From: Heteronotia binoei
Taxonomy: Eukaryota
Length of the DNA stretch: 64,000 nucleotides
Direction: 5' to 3'
Assembly (NCBI RefSeq): GCF_032191835.1
Contig: NC_083228.1
Span: 63,240,001-63,304,000, forward strand
Below, one piece after another: positions 48,103 to 61,300 of this stretch. The notes under the pieces were generated by a model. That model saw only the letters and a program-made list of their open reading frames with translations, made no database searches and was not told where the DNA came from. Positions within the stretch are counted from its first letter, which is position 1. Each line of letters begins with the position of its first letter. A program made the position numbers and the translations under genes.

Positions 48103-48864
48103 CTAAAAAACAGGAAAACCACATTCCTCCCCCCTTTAAAACCTACACTTTTCCACAGCCAGATGATACATTCCGAGCATTATCCTCATACAAATCTAGA
48201 TAATATTTCTCAACATTTAGATCATATATAAATTTTTATATGCACAAAATACGGCATGCCACCTTGAAATCCTAAGTTTGGAAGTTGCAGCTAATGTCCT
48301 ATGGTTCAAAGTTGGTAACTAGTTCTCACTTTGGTTAAGCTTTCTATCGGTTTCTGGGCCCCAAATGAAGACGCAGGTGACTACATTTGAAGTCCTTGGC
48401 AATTAACCCCTACGTATCTCAATAATCTCCTACATATATTGCTTTCCATTCCTTGAAGTTCAAAGATACTTTCTCAGTTGTTTCATCTGCTAAGACTTGA
48501 GGCAGGGCTTCGACTTCAGAGAAATTTGCTCAGCTTCTTTCACTGCCATATTTTACCGTTAATTAGAACATATTTGTACAAACTATTTCTTTCTTTTTTA
48601 AAAAGTGTTTGTCTTTTTTAAGTTCACACAGTAATTTACTGCATTCATGCCCCCCTTCTCCCCAATAGGAACCCAAAGCAGCTAATTTTTATTGCAGCCT
48701 TAATTTTAATTATGTTACTTAAAGGTTTTATATGATCTAATCCAAAGAAGAGGCGTTTTCCCTTGAGACTACACATACTCCATACAATTAAAAATGAACC
48801 ACAAATCCAGATGTGAAATGCAGGACCACAATTTATTTTTGTGGATATTCATTTTGTCTCATAC

Positions 48865-49035
48865 CTGCTAGTGTACACTTCATAGCCTGCATTGGTAATT
48901 CCACTAATTTGGGTATTATTGGACGAAGTCTACTTAAATGAAGGATCTCAAAGTTTCCAAAATCTATATAACCCACCAGAACAGTTTTTTCGGATTCATA
49001 AGACAAAACGGATGCACGATACCACTGATTGTCTT
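48865..49035 (-). CDS. TDRD1: TDRD1 Tudor 2 core exon: [57 protein letters not shown]
   Basis: ttttccag|AAGAC...CTAGCAG|gtatga; 171 nt. Tudor WYRA and YIDFGN motifs intact. Confidence 0.95.
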
Positions 49036-49704
49036 CTGGAAAATAAAAATACAATGAAGTCCTATAGCTTAGTAGTTATCTTTACTAACATTTTAACTGC
49101 ATAAACACAAATCCAAACCATGCTTAGCTTAGTTTTTAGTTTGGGCTTCTTGGCTGGTGGTTCAGAAGAGCATCTTGGGACCAAAAGGGACCAGGGGTCC
49201 AGCTATGGTTCGGAATGCAGGACTGATGGAACAAACCTTTCAAGCCAAACGATAAATCCTTGGGCAGGCACTCCAGAGCTGAGATCATGTTTGAGGGGGT
49301 GTTGATTGATTGAAGGGCCTTTCTCCAAAGTGTCACTTTAAGCTTGGATGCCCGATTGCCTCTGGCCTTGGGCATGAATGCTAGCAAACCTTGCATATTG
49401 CCATGTTGTGCACTCCTTCCAAACAGAAAAGGTGAAAATTGTACTCATCACTTGGGTCATCTTTGCACCACAATGGGTGTATTTGTTAAACAAGGCCCTC
49501 TAGGCCATGCTGAGATTTGGCAGATCAGTGGTTGCCTGTCACAAAGAAGGTGTGTGTGTGGGGGGGTAGAAGTACAAATCAAGAACGTGGCAGATATTTC
49601 CAATTACAAGCCAAGGGGGTGGTAGATATTTCCAATTCTATCCTGGCCACACACTCACAGAAGATGGTCAAATAAAGAAAAGCTTGCAGAAGAAGTACAC
49701 CTAC

Positions 49705-51125
49705 TGTAACGTACTGAAGTCGGAGATGTTCAGATGGCAACATGCTTTATTAGCGAGTACATTACAAAGACAACATGGCGGGGCTGGGCCCCCTGCTATA
49801 TACATTTCCCAGAACAACATTCTTCCTGGTTAGGTCCAATCCTGGCCAGTTAAACTTCCCGCCACTAATCGTCATAGTCGGGCTGCGTTCGTCCCTTCCA
49901 GGCACTGCCCACAGGTGCGCTGTGCCATGCTTTCCGGGATGAACGCCAGACACAACACTCCTCCCCCCCAGTTCAAGATACATAGTCTTTCAAATGAGTA
50001 GGTGGCCGCCACTCTCTGAGTGATTGCCGCGGTTTGATCTGGGGAGCTGGGGCTGCTGCCTGAGGTTCTGTAACCACTGGTTCCTCGCTTTGGGCCATGG
50101 TCAGCAGAGAGTTGTCTCAAGCCTGCGCAGGTATCTCCCCGATCCTGTAAGGCTCCTCCGCTAGCAACCCCAGCGAGCTTGGCAGGATTGCTTCTTGCGG
50201 CGGCCTCGTGCTATCCCCATTCCCCACTCCCTGGCCCTGCCGGTTCCTCCGGCAGGGTGCGGCAGCAGAACTGGTCTATGTGTCTGTGGAAGAGCTGCCC
50301 CCCTTCCGACGAGACCTCATAAGAGCAGGACCAATGAGCCGCAGCACCCGAGCTGGTATCCACACCAGCCTGCTTGCAAAGTTCTTGGCATAGACCATAT
50401 CCCCTGGAAAAAACCCCCTCGTGGCCTCCCTGGTCTCAGGGGAGCTGCGGAGGTCTGGGGCCCAGTCAGGGTGTGACCTATCTAGCCAGGTGATTAACCA
50501 CCTGCCCATGAGTAACTCAGCAGGGCTTACGCCCATAACTGGGTTGGGGTTGATCCTGTTCCCAAACAGGAAGGCGGACAGTCTGTGGTCCCAATCCCCT
50601 TGGACTATGCGACCCAGGGCCTCCTTAGTTGTGCGAGCCATGCGCTCCGCTTGGCCGTTAGTGGCCAGGTGAAAGGGAGTGGACTGTATGTGGCGGAAGA
50701 GGTACCTATTCAGGAATTCCTGGAACTCCCGAGAGGTAAACACGGTGCCGTTGTCCGTCACTACAGTATCAGGGATTCCGTGGGTGCAGAAAACCCTCCG
50801 TAAGGATCTGACTGCGGCCACGGTGGAGGTGGAAGCAACTAGGATTACCTCCAGTCGCTTCATGTAAACATCCACCAAGATAAAGAATATTTGGCCCTGG
50901 TATGGCCCCGCAAAGTTTAAGTGTAGCCGGGACCACGGCACCCAATTGGATTCCCAGCAGTGAACAGAGGCGCTGGGTGGATTCAGCCGGGACTCTTGGC
51001 AGGGCGGGCACCTCCTAACCCACCCTTCAATCTCTTCATCCATTCCCGGCCACTATACATAGCTCTGCGCCAGAGCTTTCATACGCACTATCCCCGGGTG
51101 CGTCTCGTGCAAGGCTTTGAGCACT
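49705..51125 (-). mobile_element. Gypsy/Ty3 LTR retrotransposon 3' part: integrase, PPT, 3' LTR (49705-49957)
   Basis: HHCC (LHETHPG...RCPPC), RLHLNFAGP (first catalytic D to N), TDNGTVF, NGQAER; PPT gggggggaggag; LTR TG...CA with TATA and AATAAA. Stop in YV*WPG; no 5' LTR. Confidence 0.93.
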
Positions 51126-51479
51126 TATTGAGTGTATTTTGGTTTATTCCAGGATGAAAGAACTTTAAGATGGTGAGAAGAGCATTTACATTGGGTTGTA
51201 ACAAAAAGGCTGGTAACCCTGGAAGAATTGTATGAAAGATTACTCCTGATGAAGTCCATTGATGAAATGAGCTTACATCTGGGTGCTCAAAGGACTTTTT
51301 TTCCCCTTCATATTGAAATGTGAACATGGATCTCTTTCATAATATGAAATACAAAAAGATATTTGCAAAGGTTTTTAAATGGTTTTAATAAATATTGTTA
51401 GCCAGCACATCACAGTAGTTGTTTTTTGTATTACCTGTCTTATTAACTGTGATCCCTTTTTGTTGATTATACTGCCTAT

Positions 51480-51668
51480 ATTTGGGGAAAGACAGCAGGC
51501 AAAAGAAGAAGGGGACGGCAAAAGATGAGATGGCTGGACAGCATTACTGATGTAACTAATATGAATATGAGCAGACATTGGAGGATGGTGGAAGATGGGA
51601 GGGCCTGGCGTGACTTTGTCCATGGGGTCGCAAAGAGTCGGACTCGACTGTGCAACTGAACAACAAAA
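51480..51668 (+). mobile_element. RTE-BovB 3' end
   Basis: gatgagatggctggacagcatt...gtccatggggtcgcaaagagtcggactcgactgtgcaactgaacaacaa matches the BovB 3' terminus as I recall it. Confidence 0.88.
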
Positions 51669-51888
51669 AACCCCATGAGAAAGGACCTTTGACATCCTGA
51701 TACACTGTGAGATATTGTTGGTTTTTAATAGTATTATACTTGCCAGTAGTATTATACTTGGGTAAAGAAACCTGCCCCCTCCAACTCCTAGTACATAAGG
51801 AGTACAACTTCTAACACAATAGTATCCAATGAAGGGGCAAACATTTGGGCCCAGATCTACTCCCTCTTTCTTCATCTATTCCATAAGA

Positions 51889-52000
51889 CAAGGGTGGCTG
51901 ATGGTAGCTCTCCAGATGTTTTTTGCCATTGTCCATGCTGGCTGGGGCTGATGGGAGTTGTAGGAAAAAACATCTGAAGAGCTACCATTGGCCATCCCTG
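51889..52000. mobile_element. Palindromic hAT MITE (internally shortened)
   Basis: Same family as 62885; TSD ccataaga/ccatatga. Confidence 0.8.
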
Positions 52001-52373
52001 CCATATGATATGCAGAGAGAAGAAGCTTAAAATGCCTTCCCTTATGCATTATACAGCATGGGTTCAGTGCCAGATGAGCAGCTTCCTGTTTGGTAGGTAG
52101 TACTATAGTATAGAGTAACACTAGAATAACATTTAGGGTAAAGTGAACACATAGCTCATCATTGCTGCATTATTGAGTTAAGTTGGAGAACCTTCTCATC
52201 ACTGATCCTGTTCCCACACATTTAGCTTTTCAAAGGCAACTTCCATCCACACAGTACACATGCACAAGCACACACAATCACAGGCTAGTGATGTCTAATT
52301 GCTGTAGTATTTGAGAAATTAATTTTATGCAGGCACTTTTCTACATCTACAAGACAAACTCTCTACTTCTTAC

Positions 52374-52481
52374 CTGTGAACTGGGCACAGCATGTGTCTC
52401 CTACTGCTGGACAGAAGTCAGGGACAGCAGATACTTTGTTGCAGTATTCACTTAGGGATGCTTGAAGCTCGGCAAGTTTTC
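52374..52481 (-). CDS. TDRD1: TDRD1 coding exon: RKLAELQASLSEYCNKVSAVPDFCPAVGDTCCAQFT
   Basis: gtaagcag|GAAAACTT...TTCACAG|gtaaga; 108 nt, phase 1-1. Matches TDRD1 KLAELQASLSKYC...CCAQFS. Not in the ORF track. Confidence 0.93.
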
Positions 52482-52952
52482 CTGCTTACAACACAGGTAT
52501 TTATGTGAAAATGTTATATATTAAACCACAGAATAATTCATGTATCAGCTATGATTTTATCATATAGAAATTTATTTCTGTATCAAGAACAAGACTTGGA
52601 TCTTAGTTTCAATATCATTGCTTCAACAGCACCAAACTTGTTCAGAACAAAAGCAGGCAATATGAAGTGTTTAAGTTACTTGAAATTCAAATTGTCTGTT
52701 ACACTTGTCAAAATTCTAATTTTTGCCTGAAAGCAATTCCAGTCCTTTGGTGCATTAAAAAACCCTGTAATTTTGACAGACCATATGGTAAATGGCTTGA
52801 TGACTAAGTGGACAAGTAAACTCAGAAGCCATATTCATTTTATATATTTGTTCTTTCTCTCAGACTACATACAAAACTCATACGTTCTTTCCATTTGTGG
52901 GGTCAAATTATGCACACATGTTTACATTTCAAATAAATGAATGAATACTTAC

Positions 52953-53129
52953 GGCCATTTTCTAGGAGCTGACAAAAAAAGTATCCTGGTGTCTGAATAT
53001 GGGCAACCATTCCAAAAAATGCATCTCCTACAGACAGTGAATTAATTTGTGGAATTAGGCAATCACTGTGAACCACATCTCTACTCTTTATTGTCTTTTC
53101 CTGAGTGGAGTTTTTCTCCATAGTTGCAT
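52953..53129 (-). CDS. TDRD1: TDRD1 coding exon (linker and N-terminal strands of extended Tudor 2): DATMEKNS...FFGMVAHIQTPGYFFCQLLENG
   Basis: Minus strand ttttattag|ATGCAACT...GGCC|gtaagt; 177 nt, phase 1-1. Resembles the vertebrate TDRD1 motif GVVAHIQTPEDFFCQ. Confidence 0.92.
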
Positions 53130-53229
53130 CTAATAAAAAGATAAAAATAAGAATCTATAGCAATTCCATGTAGTAGCTTCTATCTGTTTTTAATAGCAAT
53201 AAAAGCTGAAAAGAACTATTAATAAGCAA

Positions 53230-54440
53230 GCATTAGTCTGGGGGCCTGAAATACTCATTCCACCACCTCATAAGAAGATGTAAGAATAGCCATGATGGAT
53301 TAGACCAGTTATTCTGTTTTTCTGCATTCTGTCTTCTTAGCAGCCCTTTCACTCTTTTCTTATCTATAGGCCCCAGCGCCACCTCCCTGAGTTTCCTGAT
53401 TCTAATGCACTTAAAGTAATTTTGATTTGTCTTAATATTTTTAAGCAATATGCTCTTCATATTTTCTTTATCCACATTATTGCAACTTACATTTGTTTTG
53501 TCAGAAGCTGTGCTCCTTCTTGTTCACTTGTTTGGGCACTTTTAATGAAAAAGTTTCTTGTCTTCTGTATATTCCTTGACTTTGCTGGTTAATTACACTG
53601 GCATCCTCTTAGATCTAGTGATACCTTACCTAATCTCCCATATACTTCATTTACAAATATCTTGAGGTTATCTGACCCACTCCATTCTCCCTAGAGAGTT
53701 CCTTTTTACCGATCCCACAATTTTTGGAAAATTTCCTCTTCTGAAATCAAATCTGGTTAAGCTGCACTTTCTGGGCTCCTTTTTTCACATAAATATTGGA
53801 TTTAATAGTACTGTGATCACCCTTCATAGCTGGTTCAACAACACGGGTCTCACATCAGGCCATGAGCAGTGCCCTGATCAAGTCCATGATCACCTCTTCT
53901 CTAATTAGTTCGGTCCACTAATCCCTTCAATCATTTACAATAGCTAAAAGATAGTCTCTTTCACGCAGAACACTTTTTCACGCAATCAATATGAGGGTAG
54001 TTGAAGTCACCCATTATGATAAGTTTCCCCTCTGGTTGCCTTCCTTATTTGTCACTTCAAAATCATCCTTGGTTTTTATCAGGCAGACTGCAGCATATCC
54101 CAGTATTGTAAACTTTAGAACCTCGTATGTCTATCCATAGTGTAAGAAACTATTCTTTAGGGCTAGTTATTTCTTTGAAAGGTTTCTAGTGTACTGAACT
54201 CAATGTTCTCTCTAACACATAAGGCTATTCCACCTTCCTATACAGCTTCTACTTACGGATAGCGAGGACTTTCCATGTCTAACTATGTTTCTGAAATGGT
54301 CACTATACTTATATTATAAAAATCAATACAAAGTAACTCCAGCTCTTCCACCTTAGCTCAGAATCCTTCAGTATTTGCATTTAAATACCAGCTTTATTTT
54401 CTTCTCCATACAGCATGAAAGGTCCCCGTCTGCCCTTTCG
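53230..54440 (-). mobile_element. Old CR1 EN-region fragment
   Basis: IMGDFNYP-like, CR1 tether YFKCIRIRK; degraded. Confidence 0.75.
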
Positions 54441-54739
54441 CTTAGTTACATTGCTATCATTTCCTGACACACACACAGTCAAATTCTGAACCCACTTCTA
54501 TTCAGGTTACTTGGATCAGTCAGTCTATCATCTTCTAGAAACGAGCAAGTTTAAACTGGATATTTCTATCACACATACACATATGGGGGAATGAGGCAAA
54601 AATTCAATGCCTAATACAATGCCAAAAACTGGAAATAAGAACACTAAACATTTGTGGGGAGTGGCTCATATGCTTTGAGTGGCTCATATGCTTGGTAATA
54701 TTAATTTGCAGGTAAGTATAGAGACAAAAACCTTAGGGA

Positions 54740-57150
54740 GCATAAAACATGGATTCTGATGTCTCTACACTAATGCGCAGAGTATGGGAAACAAACAGAA
54801 AGAACTGGAAGTCCTAATACAAAAAGGGAACTATGACTTAATAGGAATTACTGAACTTGGTGGGATGACACTCACAATTGGAATATTAAGACTGAGGGAT
54901 ATAACTTATTTAAAAGGGATACACAAATAAGGAAGTGCAGAGAAGTTGCATTATATGTAAAGGATTTATATATGCTTGTGAGGAAATCCATGAATCTGAG
55001 CATGGGAGTTCAGTTTATTTATTTATTTATTTCTCAAATTTATATCCCGCCCACCCCGCCAAAGCAGGCTTAGGGCGGCTAACAACATTCAACTAAAACA
55101 ATAAAACAGTAAGTAGCAATTTAAAATTTTTAACAATAATTAGTACCGATTAAATAATCTTAAAACAATTTAAAATGATTTAAAACAATTTTGGTGCTAG
55201 CGCTGATCCCACTGAATTCAGCAATGTTGGGCATCATACTGTAATTCAACTAAAGGCAAGTCGAAATAGAGCTGTTTTACAGGCCTTGCAGAACTGAGCA
55301 AGGTCCCACAAGGCCCTTACTTCTTCTGGAAGTTGGTTCCACCAGTGCGGGGCTGCAATTGAGAAGGCTCTTTCTCTGGTAGCCTTCAGCCTCGCCTCCC
55401 TCGGCCCAGGGACTGACAATAAATTCTGTGATCCAGATCTAAGTACCCTCTTGGGAACATGTGGGGAAAGACGGTCCCTAAGGTAGACAGGTCCTTGGCC
55501 ATAGTTGAGAGTCTCTAGGTAAAAAAATAAAAGGAGAGAGAAATAACAGTGATATTATGATGTGGGTCTGCTATAGACCACCAAGCCAGGCAGAGAAATT
55601 GGATAAGACACTCCTAGAACAGATCATGAAGTTCTCGAAGAGACAGAACATGGTTGTCATGGGATATTTCAATCACCTGGATATCAGTTGGAAGTTCAAT
55701 ACTGCTAAAAATGAATGGTCAAATAAATTCCTGACTTATTTGGCTGACAACTTAATTTTCCAGAAAGTGGAAAGGGAAACAAGAGGATCTGCTATCTTGG
55801 GACTTGATTCTCACCAACAGGGAAGAATTGGTTGATGAGGTGGGTACCCTGTGTAGTAGTGACCATGTGATTTTGGAATTTACAGTCCTGGGGAAGGGAA
55901 AAGCTATGTGTAATTAGATATATAGGTTGGACTTCAGGGAAGCAAATTTTGACAATAAGTTATGATGGGTAGAACCCCCATGGCCAGAAGTACTTAAGGA
56001 AAAGGGAGTTCAAGAAGTGTGGGAGTTTCTTAAAAAAAAAAATTGAAAGCACAAGCACAAATAATTCCTATGAGAAGGAAAAATGGGAGCAGCCTAAATA
56101 AGCCAAGATGGCTCCATAAACAGCTCTCAAAAGTCTTAAGAAAAAAGAGACTCATTTAGGAATTGGAAAGAAGGCTTTATAACTAAGGATGAATATAAAC
56201 AAATAACCAGTGCTTGCAGAGAGAAAGTTAGGAAAGCTAAAGCTCAGTCTGAGCTTGGGCTTCCAAAAGATGCTAAAACAACAAAAAAGGGTTCTTTTCT
56301 AATGTCCAAAATAAGAAAAACAGCAAGGATGACAGGTCCATTGTGGAGAAAGAAAAGTGAAACTGTTAACAGGTGATGAAGAGAGGGCAGAACTGCTCAA
56401 TTCCTGCTTTTCCTCAGTCTTCTCTTGTGAGAAAAAAGGTGCTCAACCTGGCAAAAACAGAACACATGAGAGGAGGGAGTTACAGCCAAGGATTGGCATA
56501 GGGGCAGTACATAAACACCTAGTTTCTTTAAATGAAACTAAGTCCTCAGGACCAGCTGAACTGCATCAAAGTGTACTAAAAGATCCTGCAGACGTAATTT
56601 CTGAGCCTCTGCCCGTTATTTCTGAGAATTCTTGGAGAACAGGTGAGGTGCCAGAAGACAGAAGGTGAGCAAATGTTGTCCCCATCTACAAAAAGGGAGA
56701 AAAGTAGGATCCAAGTAACTACTGACTCGTCAGCCTGACATCTTTTCCTGGAAAAGTTTTAGAACCAATCATCAGTCAGTCAGTCCTTGAACTTTTAAAA
56801 AGGATGGCTGTGATCACTAAGACCCAGCATGAGTTTCTCAAGAACAAGTCATGTCCAACTAACCTTATCTCCTTTTTTTGAGAAAGTTACTACCTTGCTG
56901 GATCAGGGGACTACTGTAGACACAGTTTATCTTGATTTCAGTAAGGTTTTTTGATAAGGTTCCACATATTCTTGTTGACAAATTGGTAAAATGTAGTTTT
57001 GATCCTATTACTGCTAGGTGGATCTGTAACTGGTTGACAGATTGTACCCAAAGACTGCTTGTGAATGCTTCCTCATCCTCTTGGAGAGGAATAACAAGTG
57101 GAGTGCCCAAGGATCTGTCCTGGGACTGGTTTTCTTTAATATCTTTATAA
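54740..57150 (+). mobile_element. CR1 ORF2 (EN to mid-RT), 3'-truncated, with nested L2 at 55011-55502 (minus strand)
   Basis: CLYTNAQS-like start, VCYRPPSQ, MGYFNHLD, ERAELLNSCF, FFDKVPHILV; L2 tail with 4-bp flanking agtt. Confidence 0.88.
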
Positions 57151-58326
57151 AAGATTAGGAATTAGGCCTGTTGTGAAGAAAAATACCATGGGATATAGAA
57201 AGAGGCTCTGGGTGAGTGCCCACCACTCTTGCTGTCTTCCCACCCACCCAAATGAAGTCATTCATTCCCCCCACGCACACCTCAAGGGGAGGTGATCCCT
57301 GCCATCTGGAGAGCAGTTGTAATTCTGAGTGATTTCCAGCCCTCACCTGGAAACTGGCAACAGTGGTTCCCCAGGAGGAAATGACTAGTTGGAAGGTGGA
57401 GTCTATGGCATTGCACTTGTCTGATGTCCCACCCCTCCTCAAACCCAACCCTCTCCAGGCTCCACCCCTCAAACCTCCAGGAAGTTGCCAACCTGGAGTT
57501 GGCAAGTGCTAAGTCATAGTGGCTGTCATAGGGGGGGCTGCTACTGAACAGGAGCAAGCTGTCAGGCCTAGATAAGTCATGTCAGTCAGGGAGCACCAAG
57601 TCACGAGGGTGCTGCCAGGTAGCCAACCAGGTAGAGCCTGAAGATCTCCTGGAATCACAACTGAACTCCAGACAACAGATCTCTCTCCCCCTAGAGAAAA
57701 TAACTGCTTTGGAGGGTGGACTCTATGCAGGGGTGTCAAACATGTGGCACTGGGGCTGAATCAGGCCCCCAGTGGGCTCCTATCAGGCCCCTGAGCAACT
57801 GGCTGTCATCTGCTTCCTTCTCCCTCTATCTTGCTTCTTTCTGCATCACAGCTTGCTTTGCCAGGCTTGCTCAACTGCACAGGAGCTACAGCACAAAACA
57901 CCTATTTTCTCCATTGGCTGAGGCTCCTCCCTTAGGAATAAAGGTGGGGAGGAATAGCTTGCTTTGCCAGGTTCTCTCAATTGCACAGATTAGATGCAAA
58001 CAGAGTGTTGTGTATTTTCTTATAGTGAGATTACAAGAATTTTTCTATGATCTGTTGTTGCTACTGTTTTTTGAATATTCAAGTAGTATTACATTGTGTT
58101 TCGTGATTTTCCACAGTTTTTTGTTTGCATCTAATCTTTACTGTGGTGCTCTAGGTTGTTCTATCTCTCTCAATTACACAGAAGAGCTACTGAGCAAAGC
58201 CTCTCTTTCTTCTATTGACTGAGGCTTGTTCCCCCCTCTTGGTCCCCTGGGGAAGGAGGGATGGAGCCAGAGCTTCCTTTGCCCAGTTCCCTGGATCCCA
58301 TGGGAGAAATACAAAGAAAGCACCTT

Positions 58327-61300
58327 CTGTTTCAAACAATTTTATTAGTAACATATGGTAGTATATTCAATTTTTACATTATTAATAACCACTTTTTCCT
58401 CTATCCCATATATTACTTTCTAACCACCCCTCCCACCGTTACTTTACCACCGCCGGTGTACTGTACTTAAAATATTAGTATTAAAGGTACCCTTAATTAA
58501 TAAGAACCAAAATTCATATCCTCCTCCCTCTTATACTTAGTCATTATAAAAATTGCCCAGTGTCCTTTTATTTTCCTCTTTTTCTACATATCTTCTGAAC
58601 CTTTTCCACTCCATCTTAAATACTTCTAAATCATAGTCTCTTAAGGTTCTTGTTAACTTGTCCATTTCACTCCATGTCATAACTTTTACAATCCAATCCC
58701 ATTTCTCTGGTATTTTTTCTTGCTTCCACAACTGCGCATACAGTGTCCTAGCAGCTGAGAGCAAGTATCAGATTAAAGTCCTATCTTCTTTTGGAAATTT
58801 TTCCATTTGTAATCCCAACAGAAAAGTCTCTGCAACTTTGTTAAATTCGTATCCCAAGATCTTAGAAATCTCTTGTTGAATCATCTGCCAATGCTTTTTC
58901 GCTCTTTCACAAGTCCACCACATATGGTAGAAAGAACCTTCATGTTTTTTACATTTCCAACATCTGTCTGGCATCTTATTATTCATCTTGGCCAACTTTT
59001 TAGGAGTCATATACCATCTATACATCATCTTATAACAATTTTCTTTGATACTCTGACATGTTGAGAGTTTCATAGTTCTTCCACAAATATTCCCATGTAT
59101 CCATCCGTATTTCTTTGTTTACATTAATTGCCGACTTAATCATTTGAGATTTCACTACTTCATCTTCCGTAGACCATTTTAAAAGTAACTTGTAAATTTT
59201 CGAAATTAATTTTTCATTATCTCCAAGCAGAACTTTTTCCATTTCTGTTTGTTCTTGTCTTATTCCTTCGGTTTTAAGATCACTTTCCACCAAACTCTTT
59301 ATTTGTTGCATTTGAAACCAATCATACTTATAATTCAGCTCCTCAGCAGTTTTCAACTCTATTAACCGCTTTGTATTTTTAATAATTGATTGTATGACAT
59401 CTGTGGAGAAACGCCATTTTAGTCAATGCTGGTGCTTCATTGGGAGGGAAAACATGAAACTCCTAAACAGGCTTTGGCCTAGCCTCCCTCCAAACCCTCC
59501 CTCCCTTCCAGAGCTAAACCAACAACGCTAGGGGGAAAGTCTCCTAGAGAGGCAGGAAGTTCTTTTGTTCTTGGGGTTGGAGTTAGCAGGAAGAGAAGGC
59601 AGTTTTGCAACTGGCGCTCAAGGGAGCATGTGGTGAACATGGGGGCTCCTGCCTGTGAGGCCCCCAGGCAGTCAGACCAAGTAAGTCATCCCCAAGGCGG
59701 GGCAAGTTTAGACCAGGGACAGTAGGATGCGTTTATAACACCTTTCCTTTGTCATGCTGTTTGCTGTGCGGGTGCTGTGCTGTGCTAACTTTTTATATGC
59801 AACTGTTTTTGTTTTGTTTTTCTTTCCCTTTCTTTTTCTCCTGTAAATAAATATTTTTTCTGTTTTGAATGCTGGCAGTCAAATTCTGTACCACATAGAT
59901 TCCCGACCGTTTAGACCACACTGCTGTATAAAGGGGGCCCCGGGGAAGGGGGAAGGCATGCAGTTGGATAAGGTGCCAATCCTCCAGGGGTTCCCCAAAG
60001 AAGTGCTGAGGTCTTAGTGATTCCCAAGTACAGGGTGGCAGAGGACCTTGAGGCCTGGCCTCATAGCTGGAGAGGGGGATTGGGAGTCCTGTTCCTCTCA
60101 ATCTGAACCCCTAGACTGAGCAGGTGGTGGCAGCGAGCCCAAGTGGCAGGAAGTGAAATAGCTCCCTCCAGGAGTTGGCGACTCAATAGGGAGCTGACGG
60201 GACCGGGTCTGAAGGCAGAATCGGGCCGGTTCCGTCACAACATCCATTTTCCCTCTCCTAACTCAGCTGTTATTTTTATTACTTCTGCAGGCACTATCCA
60301 TAGTGGTTTTCTCTCAACACCATATTTCTTATACTTCATCCAGATATTTAGCAAGTTATTTTTTATGTAATGGTGAGAGAAAAAAACCATCCATCTTTTT
60401 CTTCCCATAGTACATATAAGCGTGCCAGCCAAATTTATTTCCATGACCTTCCAATGTTAAAAGTTTTTTATTCAATAACGTCACCCAATCTTTTATCCAC
60501 ACCAAACAAACTGCTTCATGATATAGTCTTAAATCTGGTAATTGAAATCCTCTTCTTTCTTTAGTGTCTGTTAAAACTTTCATTTTAATCCTTGGTTTCT
60601 TTCCAGCCCATATAAATTCTGAAATCGTCCTTTGCTATTTATTAAATTGTTTGCTATCTTTCATGATCGGGATAGTTTGGAATAGATACATTATTCTCGA
60701 CAAAATATTCATCTTGATTGCAGCTATTCTCCCAAGCAATGACAAATTAAGCTTGTTCCACTTTAACATATCTTCATCCATTTTACGCCATAACTTTTCA
60801 TAATTATTTTTAAACAAATCAATGTTCTTCATTGTTATTTCTAAACCCAAATATTTTACTTTAGAAGTAACCTCACATCCCGTTTGCAATTTATTTACTT
60901 GCATATTTTTACATAAAATTTTTGATTTTTCTTTATTAACATAAAGTCCCGCCAACTCTCCAAAATTTTGTATTTTAGCTAACAACAAAGGTGTTGCTTG
61001 TTTGGATTTTCATTTATAAACATTATGTCATCTGCAAATGCTCTATATTTATAGGTAAATCCTTTAATTCTCATTCCTTCTATTTTTTCATCATCTTGTA
61101 TTTGCATCAATAAAATTTCAAGATTCATTATAAACAACAATGGCGAAAGTGGACAACCTTGTCTTGTGCCTTTGCTCATTTTCATTTCATCTGTAAGATC
61201 TGCATTTATACATAACCTTGCACGTTGTTCAGTATATATTGCCTTTATCATTCTTACAAAGTTTTCCCCCAACTTTATTTTTTCCATAACTGCAAACATA

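Noticed and set aside
51088-51327. 79-aa ORF and a CTGATGA...GAAA motif at ~51245
   Set aside because: No homology recognised; stem II does not pair, so it is not a credible hammerhead.
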